This document shows positions 25,901-34,481 of a stretch of 64,000 bases of DNA, piece after piece (the stretch's first letter is position 1; the number at the start of each line of letters is the position of its first letter). Location of the stretch: contig CAZKJF010000018.1 of the NCBI GenBank assembly GCA_964553025.1, positions 1,641 through 65,640 of the forward strand, written 5' to 3'. The position numbers and the translations under genes were made by a program. Below the pieces are notes generated by a model, which made no database searches, had not been told where the DNA came from, and saw only the letters and a program-made list of their open reading frames with translations. The stretch comes from an uncultured Candidatus Saccharibacteria bacterium (GTDB lineage: Bacteria; Patescibacteriota; Minisyncoccia; 2-02-FULL-40-12; GWA2-44-9).

Positions 25901-27007
25901 TTATTGGGTGGCGTGGCCGGTTAATTTCATAAATACGTCGTCCAGAGATGGCCGGCGCAGAACAATATCACGAATAGCGAGACCGGCGGCGTCGGCTTCG
26001 CGGACAACGTCAACCAATACGGCCGCGCCGCCGTCAATGGCCATGGTGACAATACCCGTGTCAGCTTCCGGACGGGGCTCATCAGTGCCGAACGGACGCA
26101 GAATATCCGCTGCGCGATCAACTTCAGCGTGATCGGCCACATGCAATTCCAAAATATCCCCACCGACTTGGCGCTTGAGCTCGTCAGCCGTGCCGTGAGC
26201 GATAATGTGGCCATGATCGATTACGAAAATTTTGTCCGCCAGCTGGTCAGCTTCTTCGAGATATTGAGTCGTCAGGAGGACCGTCGTCCCTTGTTGGACC
26301 AAATCGCGGATCACATGCCATAAGGCGAAACGGCTGCGCGGATCGAGGCCAGTTGTGGGTTCGTCAAGGAAAAGCACCGTCGGCTTGCTTACTAAGCTAG
26401 CCGCCAAATCCAAGCGTCGGCGCATGCCGCCAGAATAGGTTTTGGCGGAGCGATCGCCGGCATCAACGAGATCAAATTGTTCAAGTAAATCCTGGGCGCG
26501 CTGACGGGCGGTGGCAGGAGAAAAATGATACAACCGCGCGAACATTTCAAGATTCTCTCGACCGGTCAGCATCTCGTCGACGGCGGCGTATTGGCCCGCC
26601 AATCCGATGGCGCCGCGAAGCTGCTGGGCCTGCTGAACGGCGTTATAACCGGCAACACTAATATGGCCGCTGTCCGGAGCCAGTAGAGTGGTCAGAATTC
26701 GAACGAGGGTTGTTTTGCCGGCGCCATTAGGGCCCAATAATGCGGTAACGCCGCCGCGTTTGACTTCCAGGCTGACATTGTCCAAGGCGCGAACGGCACC
26801 GTATGTCTTTACTGCGTTATGTACCGTAATAATCGAGTCTTCGCTGACGGAGGGAATCGGCGTGATTTGAATGGCGCCGCCGACCAGAATATCGAGAATT
26901 TCATGAGTCTGCCACCCTGCCGCCAAAAGGGCCTGGATAATGTCCTGGTTGGACATGCCTCGGCTGCGGGCTTCATGAATGTAAGTAAACAGCGGATGAT
27001 TGCTCAT
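25901..27007 (-). CDS. ABC transporter ATP-binding protein (DrrA-like) with ~50-aa N-terminal extension
   Basis: Walker A GPNGAGKTTL, signature SGGMRRRL and Walker B LLFLDEPTTGLD. An unusual N-terminal helical extension MSNHPLFTYIHEARSRGMSNQDIIQALLAAGW precedes them. Confidence 0.85.
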   Translation of the reverse strand: MSNHPLFTYIHEARSRGMSNQDIIQALLAAGWQTHEILDILVGGAIQITPIPSVSEDSIITVHNAVKTYGAVRALDNVSLEVKRGGVTALLGPNGAGKTTLVRILTTLLAPDSGHISVAGYNAVQQAQQLRGAIGLAGQYAAVDEMLTGRENLEMFARLYHFSPATARQRAQDLLEQFDLVDAGDRSAKTYSGGMRRRLDLAASLVSKPTVLFLDEPTTGLDPRSRFALWHVIRDLVQQGTTVLLTTQYLEEADQLADKIFVIDHGHIIAHGTADELKRQVGGDILELHVADHAEVDRAADILRPFGTDEPRPEADTGIVTMAIDGGAAVLVDVVREADAAGLAIRDIVLRRPSLDDVFMKLTGHATQ

Positions 27008-27062
27008 AAAATGAAAAATATCCTAAGAGTATAGGATATTTACCTTTAAAATGCAACCGAAG

Positions 27063-27791
27063 CTATTGGCTGATTTTGACTTGGATAAGGCAGCGGGTTT
27101 TGAGCCAATCGCGGGTGTTTGAATCGCGTGTGGAGACAAGATGATCTTGGACGGCCTGATTGAAGCGAGTGCAGACTTCAATCTTCCGATCGGAGCCGTC
27201 CGGCGTTTGAACATGTTCGGCCCGCTCGATCGCGCGATCCACTTCATCACGGAAGTCTTCGTTCAATCGCTGGATCATCTGGACGCGTTTTTGCGCCGAC
27301 GCCGGCAAAGGAGGGCGCGACGCCGAAGCGGTTACCGTTAGCACGGTCATCGTGGGAGCTGCGGTTCGGCTCAGCGTCGGCACAGACGTTGTTGCCGCCG
27401 CACGAAGCGCTTCCAATTCACGCAAACGCCGCTGGGCCAAGTCTTCATGGAGTTTTATTTTTTGTTCATCGCTCAAGGTCAAATCTAAACGCACTTGCTC
27501 ACTGACTCGTTTGAGCGGATAGAGGACATTATCAGTCGAGACGTCGGCATTATCAGCCAATGCCGCCAAACCGCCGGTACTGATAACAACCACAAACAAC
27601 GCAATGAACGCATAGCGCCAATAGCGGGCATGAGCCATCATTCGCGCAGTCGAATTTCCATTCATGGTTCGGACTGACTTCAAAAATGACTCGCGCGCCG
27701 AATCGAGGAATTCTTTTTCGGGCTGAAGGGCGTGGTGAACGCGACTCTTCAAGCGCCAGTGCCGAACGATGTCCTTAAAAGCCTGAATCAT
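27063..27791 (-). CDS. putative membrane-anchored anti-sigma factor
   Basis: Overlaps the end of the ECF sigma gene by 17 nt. Has a cytoplasmic N-terminus, one TM helix (YAFIALFVVVISTGGLAALA) and an extracytoplasmic coiled region. Confidence 0.55.
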   Translation of the reverse strand: MIQAFKDIVRHWRLKSRVHHALQPEKEFLDSARESFLKSVRTMNGNSTARMMAHARYWRYAFIALFVVVISTGGLAALADNADVSTDNVLYPLKRVSEQVRLDLTLSDEQKIKLHEDLAQRRLRELEALRAAATTSVPTLSRTAAPTMTVLTVTASASRPPLPASAQKRVQMIQRLNEDFRDEVDRAIERAEHVQTPDGSDRKIEVCTRFNQAVQDHLVSTRDSNTRDWLKTRCLIQVKISQ

Positions 27792-28320
27792 AAATTTTAG
27801 ATATTTTTTTCTTTAAGCGATGGATCATAACGCGCAAATTAGCTTCGGATTTTCCGGTCATAACCGCCAAATCCGCATATGAAACATCTGCGATGAAATA
27901 TGAATGGAATAACTCCCGCTCCTCTTCGGGAAGCTGTTCGGCTATTGCCAACACGCGCTGCATCTCGGCATTGGTCTGGACTTGTTCATTGGGGTCAACG
28001 ACATCAAAGCCGGTTTCTTGCATGGCTTCCAAAGACTGCACGGGTTTCTTTTGTCGAAAAGAATCAATCAGCAGATTGCGAGCGATCTGCCAAAACCAGG
28101 AACTGAAATTCCCGACTTCAGCGTTAAACTGGCCGATGTTTTGAAGCATCTTCGCGAATACCTCTTGGACAAGATCTTGGGCGATCTCTTTCTGGTTTGT
28201 TCGAGAAAGAAAGTAGCGGTAAAAGGAAGTTGCGAATCGGTCAAAGATGGCTGCTCCCGCCTTCTCGTCGCCTTTTTGAAGGCGTTTTGCCAAGGCATTT
28301 ATAGTTGCTGATTCAGACAT
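27775..28320 (-). CDS. ECF-type RNA polymerase sigma-70 family factor
   Basis: Region 2 (FDRFATSFYRYFLSR...EIAQDLVQEVFAKMLQNIGQFN...FSSWFWQIARNLLID) and region 4 (YADLAVMTGKSEANLRVMIHRLKKKI) of sigma-70. Confidence 0.85.
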   Translation of the reverse strand: MSESATINALAKRLQKGDEKAGAAIFDRFATSFYRYFLSRTNQKEIAQDLVQEVFAKMLQNIGQFNAEVGNFSSWFWQIARNLLIDSFRQKKPVQSLEAMQETGFDVVDPNEQVQTNAEMQRVLAIAEQLPEEERELFHSYFIADVSYADLAVMTGKSEANLRVMIHRLKKKISKIYDSGF

Positions 28321-28457
28321 AGATACGATAAAAAGCCAGGTTTGTTACGGGAAATCGACCGGAATTGAGGGTTGTAATATACCATTTTTCAAGCCGTATT
28401 GAAAGGGGACAGGTCGAATTCAGTTCTTTTGAAGATAAACCAACTAATTAACTCTTC

Positions 28458-29120
28458 ATGTTTAAAACAAAAGTTCTGCTTGTCAGTGCGGCAGCTCTTG
28501 CTCTTATGCCTCTTGCAACGTTCGCGCAAGGGATTGACGCTGCGGCTCATGTCCATGTCGGCGGCCGTTTCGGCTATTTTCGCCATGGTATTGCCCGCGG
28601 CATTCATAGCTTGAAAAATGCCGTTGTCGGCACAGTGAGCGCCGTGAACGGTAACGGTTCTTTCACCGTTACGAAAAAGGACGGCTCCGCGGTTACCGTT
28701 ACAACCGATGCGTCCACGAAAGTAAACGACCATGGCACGACAGCCAGCGCCAGCGCGATTACTCTGAATGATAAAGTCGTTGCCGGCGGCACGTGGAATG
28801 ATGCCAAGACGAGTTTGGCTGCCTTGCGGGTCCGCATTGTAGACAACATCGTCAGTCCGGTCGCTGATTTCTGGAAAAATCTATTTGCCGCTCATGCGGT
28901 CGTCGGTACCATTACCGCCATCAATGGCAATGTGATCACAATCGTCAATAAGGACAATGCGACTTTTACCAGCGATATTTCGAGCGCTAAACTCGTCAAG
29001 AAGAACGGCCTCGATAATGCCTCAATCGCCGACTTTAAGGTAAACGATAAAGTCGAAGTCCTCGGTTCGGTTAGCGGCAGTGTTGTTACTGCCCAGGTTG
29101 CCCACGATCTGACGAACTAA
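28458..29120 (+). CDS. secreted repeat protein (DUF5666-like beta-rich domains), divergent partner of the ECF sigma operon
   Basis: Signal peptide MFKTKVLLVSAAALALMPLATFAQG and tandem ~90-aa repeats (VVGTVSAVNGNGSFTVTKKDGSAVTVT... / VVGTITAINGNVITIVNKDNATFTS...). Confidence 0.6.
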   Translation: MFKTKVLLVSAAALALMPLATFAQGIDAAAHVHVGGRFGYFRHGIARGIHSLKNAVVGTVSAVNGNGSFTVTKKDGSAVTVTTDASTKVNDHGTTASASAITLNDKVVAGGTWNDAKTSLAALRVRIVDNIVSPVADFWKNLFAAHAVVGTITAINGNVITIVNKDNATFTSDISSAKLVKKNGLDNASIADFKVNDKVEVLGSVSGSVVTAQVAHDLTN

Positions 29121-29136
29121 TCTGAAACGAAGTCAG

Positions 29137-29172
29137 AAAAAACCAGCGGCCATTTTGGCCGCTGGTTTTTTC
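29137..29172 (+). terminator. rho-independent terminator (CCAGCGGCC-loop-GGCCGCTGG plus T6)
   Basis: aaaaaaccagcggccattttggccgctggttttttc. Confidence 0.7.
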
Positions 29173-29180
29173 TTCGATTC
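29172..29180 (+). promoter_or_regulatory. extended -10 promoter TGcTATAAT driving tRNA-His
   Basis: catgctataatt, 13 nt upstream of the tRNA 5' end. Confidence 0.45.
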
Positions 29181-29192
29181 CATGCTATAATT

Positions 29193-29268
29193 CGAAAACC
29201 ATGGGGATCATGGTGAAGGAGTTATCACAGCGCTCTGTGGCAGCGCGGTCACGGGTGCGAATCCCGTT
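29193..29268 (+). tRNA. tRNA-His (anticodon GUG) with encoded G-1 and C73
   Basis: Manual fold: acceptor GGGATCA/TGATCCC with an extra 5' G pairing discriminator C; U8; D-arm GTGA-AGGAGTTA-TCAC; anticodon stem GCGCT/AGCGC with loop CTGTGGC (U33, GUG); T-arm ACGGG-TGCGAAT-CCCGT; CCA encoded. The T-loop has G instead of U at position 55. Confidence 0.75.
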
Positions 29269-29291
29269 GATCCCCCCATCATTTGATAGTG

Positions 29292-30122
29292 CTAGGGCTG
29301 GAGAATATCGGCGGTGCGGCCGTTGATTGAGACGACGACGCTGTTGAAACCTGGAAATTGCTTAAGGGTATTCGTGATCTCCGAACGAATGGCGCCGACG
29401 CGGCAAGAACCAGCGACGCCTGCCTCCAAATTCTCGTCAAAATCCGCATACACAGTCTGGCCTTTCAGGGTAACGCTTTTTACCGTTACATTATCGGGAA
29501 TCACATCCTGGGCGCCTTTTTTCTTTTCAGCAGAAGTCGGTCCTTTGAGTAATTCAACAACGCTCATGAAGCCAGGCGAAGAGGTCTGGTAGACATCGCG
29601 CGGAAACAGCGTGGTCGTGCTGCAATCGTCTGAAGTTACATAGGCCACATACACAGTACGCGTCGAGATCGTCTTGAGCCGGACATCCACCGCCGCGTAC
29701 CCTTCATAGGTACCATCGCCTTTGGCCGATTCAGCGAGAGCTTCAATTTTCAGATTCATCATCGCGCTGGCCGGAATCGGGAGGCGGACGGAATAGTTTC
29801 CGAACTGGCCGGAATCGGCGGCATCAGTCATGGCATGTACGGAGGCAACGATAGCACCGTTTGCGTCGCGCGCCTGCACGGTAAATTGATTCTCGAATAC
29901 GCGCGCCTTGCCGGTAACTGTGATCACGGGATCAACCGATTGATTCTCGGTCGGTGAGGTAATGGTGATATTGGGCTGGCTTGAAGGACTCGGCGAACGA
30001 GTCAATGCTGCCGTTGAAGACGGACTGGGAGTTGAGGCAAGGTGCGGCTGATATTTCGACCATATCAACCAACCGGCAGCCACAGCTACGATTACTGCGA
30101 TAATGGTAATGAATGTTTTCAT
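29292..30122 (-). CDS. secreted GerMN / Gmad2-like domain protein (LpqB-like)
   Basis: Signal/TM anchor followed by a PS-rich linker and an Ig-like plus GerMN-like C-terminal half (TLFPRDVYQTSSPGFMSVVELLKGPT...VTLKGQTVYADFDENL). Confidence 0.5.
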   Translation of the reverse strand: MKTFITIIAVIVAVAAGWLIWSKYQPHLASTPSPSSTAALTRSPSPSSQPNITITSPTENQSVDPVITVTGKARVFENQFTVQARDANGAIVASVHAMTDAADSGQFGNYSVRLPIPASAMMNLKIEALAESAKGDGTYEGYAAVDVRLKTISTRTVYVAYVTSDDCSTTTLFPRDVYQTSSPGFMSVVELLKGPTSAEKKKGAQDVIPDNVTVKSVTLKGQTVYADFDENLEAGVAGSCRVGAIRSEITNTLKQFPGFNSVVVSINGRTADILQP

Positions 30123-30141
30123 GGGTGTTTTCTTGTTTCTG

Positions 30142-30212
30142 TCGGGACGCCGAGATTTGAACTCGGACTAAATCCTCCCAAAGGACTCGTGCTACCGTTA
30201 CACTACGTCCCG
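30142..30212 (-). tRNA. tRNA-Pro (anticodon UGG)
   Basis: Manual fold of the minus strand: acceptor CGGGACG/CGTCCCG, U8A9, D-arm GTGT-AACGGTA-GCAC, anticodon stem AGTCC/GGATT with loop TTTGGGA (UGG, G37), T-arm CCGAG-TTCAAAT-CTCGG, discriminator A, CCA not encoded. Confidence 0.75.
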
Positions 30213-30224
30213 AACCGTCCTCGT

Positions 30225-30488
30225 TCAACTCTTTCGATTCTGCTCACCCCACCGCCACGCGGCTTTCTCGCCGGTCAGCCAGCAGATGAAGATAAGAATG
30301 GCGACCAGGATAATTTCGTGGACAACAATTAGCGCCCCGATTGCACCGTCCATTTCGTCGGCCACGTCGATCTGGAGCACATTTCTCACCGTCAGAATAA
30401 CAAAAACAGCAAGAATTAACCAGCCCTGCCACGCCGCTGGATACCATCCATACCCGTATCGCTTGGCTTTGAACCAAATTCTTTTCAT
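30225..30488 (-). CDS. small two-TM membrane protein (87 aa) nested between tRNA-Arg and tRNA-Pro
   Basis: MKRIWFKAKRYGYGWYPAAWQGWLILAVFVILTV...ILVAILIFICWLTGE. Its ATG shares one nt with the CCA end of tRNA-Arg. Confidence 0.4.
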   Translation of the reverse strand: MKRIWFKAKRYGYGWYPAAWQGWLILAVFVILTVRNVLQIDVADEMDGAIGALIVVHEIILVAILIFICWLTGEKAAWRWGEQNRKS

Positions 30489-30562
30489 GGTGTCCTCGGA
30501 GGGAATCGAACCCCCATCAAGGCCTTAGAAGAGCCCTGCTCTATCCGTTGAGCTACGAGGAC
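30488..30562 (-). tRNA. tRNA-Arg (anticodon UCU)
   Basis: Manual fold: acceptor GTCCTCG/CGAGGAC, D-arm GCTC-AACGGATA-GAGC, anticodon stem GGGCT/GGCCT (two G-U pairs) with loop CTTCTAA (UCU, A37), T-arm GGGGG-TTCGATT-CCCTC, discriminator A, CCA encoded. Confidence 0.75.
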
Positions 30563-30644
30563 ATGCTGCCAATACTCTACACCAAAACTGCCGTTTCAGC
30601 TAGTAATTTCAACAAAAATTTGCTAGAGTAGCAGAATAACTTTT

Positions 30645-30715
30645 GCGGGATTCGTATATCGGTAATACATGAGTTTTCCAAACTCAAGAGACGGGTTCGA
30701 CTCCCGTATCCCGCT
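30645..30715 (+). tRNA. tRNA-Gly (anticodon UCC)
   Basis: Manual fold: acceptor GCGGGAT/ATCCCGC, U8, D-arm GTAT-ATCGGTA-ATAC, anticodon stem TGAGT/ACTCA with loop TTTCCAA (UCC), T-arm ACGGG-TTCGACT-CCCGT, discriminator U. Confidence 0.8.
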
Positions 30716-30733
30716 CCTTCAGTCCGGCAACAA

Positions 30734-30760
30734 TTGACGCCTTGGTACGTTTGATATAAT
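30734..30760 (+). promoter_or_regulatory. sigma70-like promoter TTGACG-N15-TATAAT; predicted TSS coincides with the rarA ATG (leaderless)
   Basis: TTGACG at 30734-39 and TATAAT at 30755-60. The ATG is at 30767, 7 nt after the -10 box. Confidence 0.45.
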
Positions 30761-30766
30761 AACGCC

Positions 30767-31903
30767 ATGCCGGAACCGTTGGCAGTCCACATCCGTCCCC
30801 AAAACCTCTCTGAATTCATCGGTCAGCGGCATTTGGTTGGCCGGGGCGGGCCCTTGGCTGTCGCCATCGAAAAGAAACACTTATTCTCGTTTATTCTCTG
30901 GGGCCCGCCCGGCGTTGGCAAAACGACCCTTGCCCGCATCTACGCCAAGGCGCTGAACGCCGACTATCACGAACTTTCCGCCGTTTCCGCGGGCAAAGAC
31001 GACATTCGAAAGATCGTAGACCAAGAGCAGACGCTGTTCGGGCCAAAAATCCTTTTTCTCGACGAAATCCATCGCTTTAATAAAGCCCAACAAGATTATC
31101 TCCTGCCCTTCGTTGAATCCGGCCGTTTGACGTTGATCGGCGCCACGACTGAAAATCCCAGTTTTGAAGTCATTTCGGCGCTCTTGTCGCGCTGCCGCGT
31201 ATTTATCCTTGAAGAGCTTTCGGATGAAGAAATGCACCAGATTATCCGACGGACAGGCTTTCCATTAACTCCTGAAGCCGCGGAGTGGCTGGTCGCCATG
31301 GCCGGCGGGGATGCGCGCCAGGCGATTACGATGATCGAGAACACCGCTAAGCTGTATAAAGAAATTACCGTCGAAAATCTTAAAAATACCCTGCAATCGA
31401 AATTTCTTCGCTACGATAAAAAAGGAGAAGAGCATTATAACACCATCAGCGCCTTCATCAAAAGCATGCGGGCCAGCCAACCGGACGCGGCGATGTACTA
31501 CCTCGCTCGGATGGTAGACGCCGGCGAAGACCCGAAGTTTATCGCCCGGCGAATGGTGATTTTCGCCTCAGAAGATATTGGCCTTGAGGATTCGCATGCG
31601 CTCGCGGTGGCCAATGCCGTCTTTCAGGCCGTCGAGACGATCGGCATGCCGGAAGCGGGCATCAATCTCGCCCACGGCGTAGCGTATCTATCCCAGTGCC
31701 CGAAAGCAAAACGTTCTTACGAGGCCTATCTGGCTGCAACGGAAGACGTCAAAAAATTCGGCAATTTGCCGATTCCGATGCTAATCCGAAATCCTGTTAC
31801 CAAGCTCATGAAGGAAGTCGGCTATGGTAAGGGCTATACCCGCTACCCGAAACAAGACCTGCTCCCCGAAAAACTCAAAGGCCGGAAGTATTTGAAAAGA
31901 TAA
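30767..31903 (+). CDS. rarA: replication-associated recombination protein A (RarA/MgsA AAA+ ATPase)
   Basis: FIGQRHLVG...[22 protein letters not shown] and Walker [17 protein letters not shown] match RarA. Confidence 0.85.
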   Translation: MPEPLAVHIRPQNLSEFIGQRHLVGRGGPLAVAIEKKHLFSFILWGPPGVGKTTLARIYAKALNADYHELSAVSAGKDDIRKIVDQEQTLFGPKILFLDEIHRFNKAQQDYLLPFVESGRLTLIGATTENPSFEVISALLSRCRVFILEELSDEEMHQIIRRTGFPLTPEAAEWLVAMAGGDARQAITMIENTAKLYKEITVENLKNTLQSKFLRYDKKGEEHYNTISAFIKSMRASQPDAAMYYLARMVDAGEDPKFIARRMVIFASEDIGLEDSHALAVANAVFQAVETIGMPEAGINLAHGVAYLSQCPKAKRSYEAYLAATEDVKKFGNLPIPMLIRNPVTKLMKEVGYGKGYTRYPKQDLLPEKLKGRKYLKR

Positions 31904-31906
31904 CCT

Positions 31907-31929
31907 AAAACCGCGCGAAGCGCGGTTTT
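31907..31929. terminator. hairpin terminator between rarA (+) and hup (-)
   Basis: aaaaccgcgcgaagcgcggtttta. Confidence 0.55.
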
Positions 31930-31961
31930 AGGTTGGTATGTCGGATCCAACATGCCAAGGA

Positions 31962-32246
31962 CTACATGATAGCTTCTTTCAGGAGCTTACCGGCGGTAAA
32001 GCGGGGTTTCTTGGAAGCTTTGATCTGGATTTTTTCACCAGTGCGAGGGTTGATACCTTCGCGAGCTTTGCGGTCAGCGACTTTGAAGATACCAAAACCG
32101 GTAATATTCACCTTGTCTCCTTTGCGGAGAGCTTTGGTGATTTCTTCGGTAAAGCCGTCAATCCACTCGGCGGACTGCTTTTTGGAGACAGCGAAGCGGT
32201 CTGCCAAAATCTGCGCCAATTGAGCCTTTTTGATTGCGTTTGCCAT
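31962..32246 (-). CDS. hup: DNA-binding protein HU
   Basis: MANAIKKAQLAQILADRF...GFGIFKVADRKAREGINPRTGEKIQIKASK matches HU. Strong SD agagagg upstream. Confidence 0.9.
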   Translation of the reverse strand: MANAIKKAQLAQILADRFAVSKKQSAEWIDGFTEEITKALRKGDKVNITGFGIFKVADRKAREGINPRTGEKIQIKASKKPRFTAGKLLKEAIM

Positions 32247-32370
32247 ATAACACCTCTCTTTCTATACTGAACGGGCTTAAAAACCCGCTCAATTACTTGG
32301 TTATTCTATAGCTACTCCCCAATTCTCTAGGTTTTTCGCAATTTTTGCAATACCCCCTGTTTATAACCGC

Positions 32371-33903
32371 TTACCGGGCATATTCGACGGCGCGGGTCTC
32401 ACGGATGACGTTTACCTTAATCTCGCCGGGATATTTCATCTCCTCTTCGATTTTTTTGGCGATATCTTTGGCTAATTTGATAGCTCCCAGATCATCAATG
32501 CGGGTAGGCGTGACGAATACGCGCAGTTCGCGGCCGGCTTGAATGGCGTACGACCGATCAACCCCTTCGAATGAATTGGAGATTCGCTCAAGTTCTTCCA
32601 AACGTTTGAGATAGATTTCGACGGTATCCTTGCGGGCACCGGGCCGGGCGCCGGAAATAGCGTCGGCGGCCTGAACGATGCGGGCTTCCAAAATCGCATA
32701 CGGATACTCCTCATGGTGAGCCTCCATCGCCTGAATAACTTTCGGATCGATGTTGAATTTCTGGAGTAATTTGCGGCCGATCTCCACATGCGTTCCCTGA
32801 ACTTCGTGGTCAACAGCTTTGCCTAAGTCGTGAAATAACGCGCCTTTTTTGGCAACGCTCACATCAGCGCCCAATTCGGCCGCCAGCATGCCGGCGATAT
32901 GGGTCATTTCGATCGAATGGAGAAGCACGTTCTGGCCGAAGCTGGTTCGGAAGGCAAGGCGGCCGAGTAAATAAGTTAATTTCGGATCCACCGGCCCGAC
33001 GCCGGTTTCAAACAGCGCGGCTTCGCCGGCCTCGCGAATCTTTTCATTAATTTCATTTTTGGCTTTTTCAACCATTTCCTCAATCTTGGCGGGATGGATG
33101 CGGCCGTCGGCGATGAGTTTCTCAATGGCTAAGCGTGCGATTTGCCGGCGAACCGGGTCATAGCCGGAAATAATCAGCGCTTCGGGCGTATCGTCAATAA
33201 TTACATCCACTCCCGTGAGGCGTTCGATAGTTTTGATATTGCGGCCTTCTTTGCCGATAATCTTGCCTTTGACCTCATCCGAAGGCAGATTCACGACGGT
33301 CGTCAATGAATCGGCGATATGCGATCCGGCATAACGCTGGATGGCCAGAGTCAGGATTTCCCGGGCTTTCTTGTCGAGTTCCTCTTTGTTTTCGGTCTCG
33401 AGCTTGCGGATGCGCTTGTAGAGGTCGTCTTTGTATTCTTCCTCGATCTTTTGAATAAGTTCGGTCTTGGCGGTTTCTCGGTTCAAGCCGGCGACGCGTT
33501 CCAATTCAGTGATCTGCTTGGCCCGCGTTTCATCGATCTGATGCTTCAGGGCGGTAATTTCAGCGGCTTTGGTTTTCAGGGTTTCTTTTTCCGAATGGAT
33601 CTCTCGGCTGCGCTGTTCAAGCTCGCTTTCCTTCTTGGTTAAAAGGTTTTCAATGCGCGAAAGCTGGGCCATGCGGTCCTTTTCTTCATTCTTGGATTCT
33701 TCTAAGGTTTGGAGCGCTTTGTTCTTGGCTTCCAGGAGAATGTCCTGAGCTTTTTGCTTAGCGTCTCCGAGAATTGTCTGAGCTTTGGATTCGGCTTGGG
33801 TAGCCCGTAATGCGGCGATAACTTGGCGAATAAGATAGCCGGCGACTAAGCCCATTAAACCGGCCAAAATCAGCGCCACAAGGCGTGGAAGTCCTAAAAT
33901 CAT
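32371..33903 (-). CDS. rny: ribonuclease Y
   Basis: N-terminal TM, coiled coil, KH domain ([26 protein letters not shown]) and HD domain ([17 protein letters not shown]...LFHDLGK). Confidence 0.9.
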   Translation of the reverse strand: MILGLPRLVALILAGLMGLVAGYLIRQVIAALRATQAESKAQTILGDAKQKAQDILLEAKNKALQTLEESKNEEKDRMAQLSRIENLLTKKESELEQRSREIHSEKETLKTKAAEITALKHQIDETRAKQITELERVAGLNRETAKTELIQKIEEEYKDDLYKRIRKLETENKEELDKKAREILTLAIQRYAGSHIADSLTTVVNLPSDEVKGKIIGKEGRNIKTIERLTGVDVIIDDTPEALIISGYDPVRRQIARLAIEKLIADGRIHPAKIEEMVEKAKNEINEKIREAGEAALFETGVGPVDPKLTYLLGRLAFRTSFGQNVLLHSIEMTHIAGMLAAELGADVSVAKKGALFHDLGKAVDHEVQGTHVEIGRKLLQKFNIDPKVIQAMEAHHEEYPYAILEARIVQAADAISGARPGARKDTVEIYLKRLEELERISNSFEGVDRSYAIQAGRELRVFVTPTRIDDLGAIKLAKDIAKKIEEEMKYPGEIKVNVIRETRAVEYAR

Positions 33904-34033
33904 GGTTGTAAGCGGTTACAAACGGCATAAATGACTGGAGATGTCGTTATAACTGGAATTAAAAGATAAACTTGACGCCAGTATACAAAAATCGGCTTAT
34001 TTTATCAACTGAAATCTTCCACAAGAAAAAAGG

Positions 34034-34062
34034 CCGCTGGGTCAATGACCCAGCGGCCAGTC
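34034..34062 (-). terminator. rho-independent terminator (13-bp stem, T6 on minus strand) overlapping the 3' end of the 34042..34419 ORF
   Basis: aaaaaaggccgctgggtcaatgacccagcggcc. Confidence 0.55.
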
Positions 34063-34419
34063 GTCGGAAAATCGGGGCAGCTTTTCTTGCTCGAGGCACC
34101 AGCGCAGAACTCCTTGCGCTCGGACGCGATCTTGATGACACCAAAGCATGAAGATGTTGTAGGTGCTCGGCGCCCAACCGTGGCTGGCAAGCCGATGAGC
34201 ATTGGCGGTTGTGAGGCCGCGCCAGACCAAAGGCGCGACAATCGAGTATCCACGAGCGATAATGTTATCGTGAGGATGCTGGCCGCCGACGCCGGACAAA
34301 GCCCGTTCGCGGACGACATGGAGCCGGATGATCGCGCGCTGAATGTCGGGATTCAGCTTCAAGAATTCGCCTGAAAAATCAAGGGGTTTGAAATTCGACG
34401 CTGTCGACATAATAGTCAT
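34042..34419 (-). CDS. hypothetical protein (125 aa)
   Basis: Minus-strand ORF ending in a strong terminator. Preferred over the antisense 34045..34374 ORF because of terminator orientation. I recognise no family. Confidence 0.35.
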   Translation of the reverse strand: MTIMSTASNFKPLDFSGEFLKLNPDIQRAIIRLHVVRERALSGVGGQHPHDNIIARGYSIVAPLVWRGLTTANAHRLASHGWAPSTYNIFMLWCHQDRVRAQGVLRWCLEQEKLPRFSDDWPLGH

Positions 34420-34481
34420 AAGAACAGGTGGATATCATAGCAGACAATTCTTATTTTGTAAATTTCTGATATACTAAATTC

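Noticed and set aside
30563-30644. Promoter for tRNA-Gly (TTGCTA ... TAACTT)
   Set aside because: Spacer lengths do not fit a sigma70 promoter (11 nt or more than 20 nt), so it was left unannotated.
34045-34374. Plus-strand 109-aa ORF antisense to the 125-aa ORF
   Set aside because: The strong hairpin at 34034-34062 is followed by a T-run only on the minus strand, which favours the minus-strand gene. The plus ORF has no promoter or SD support.
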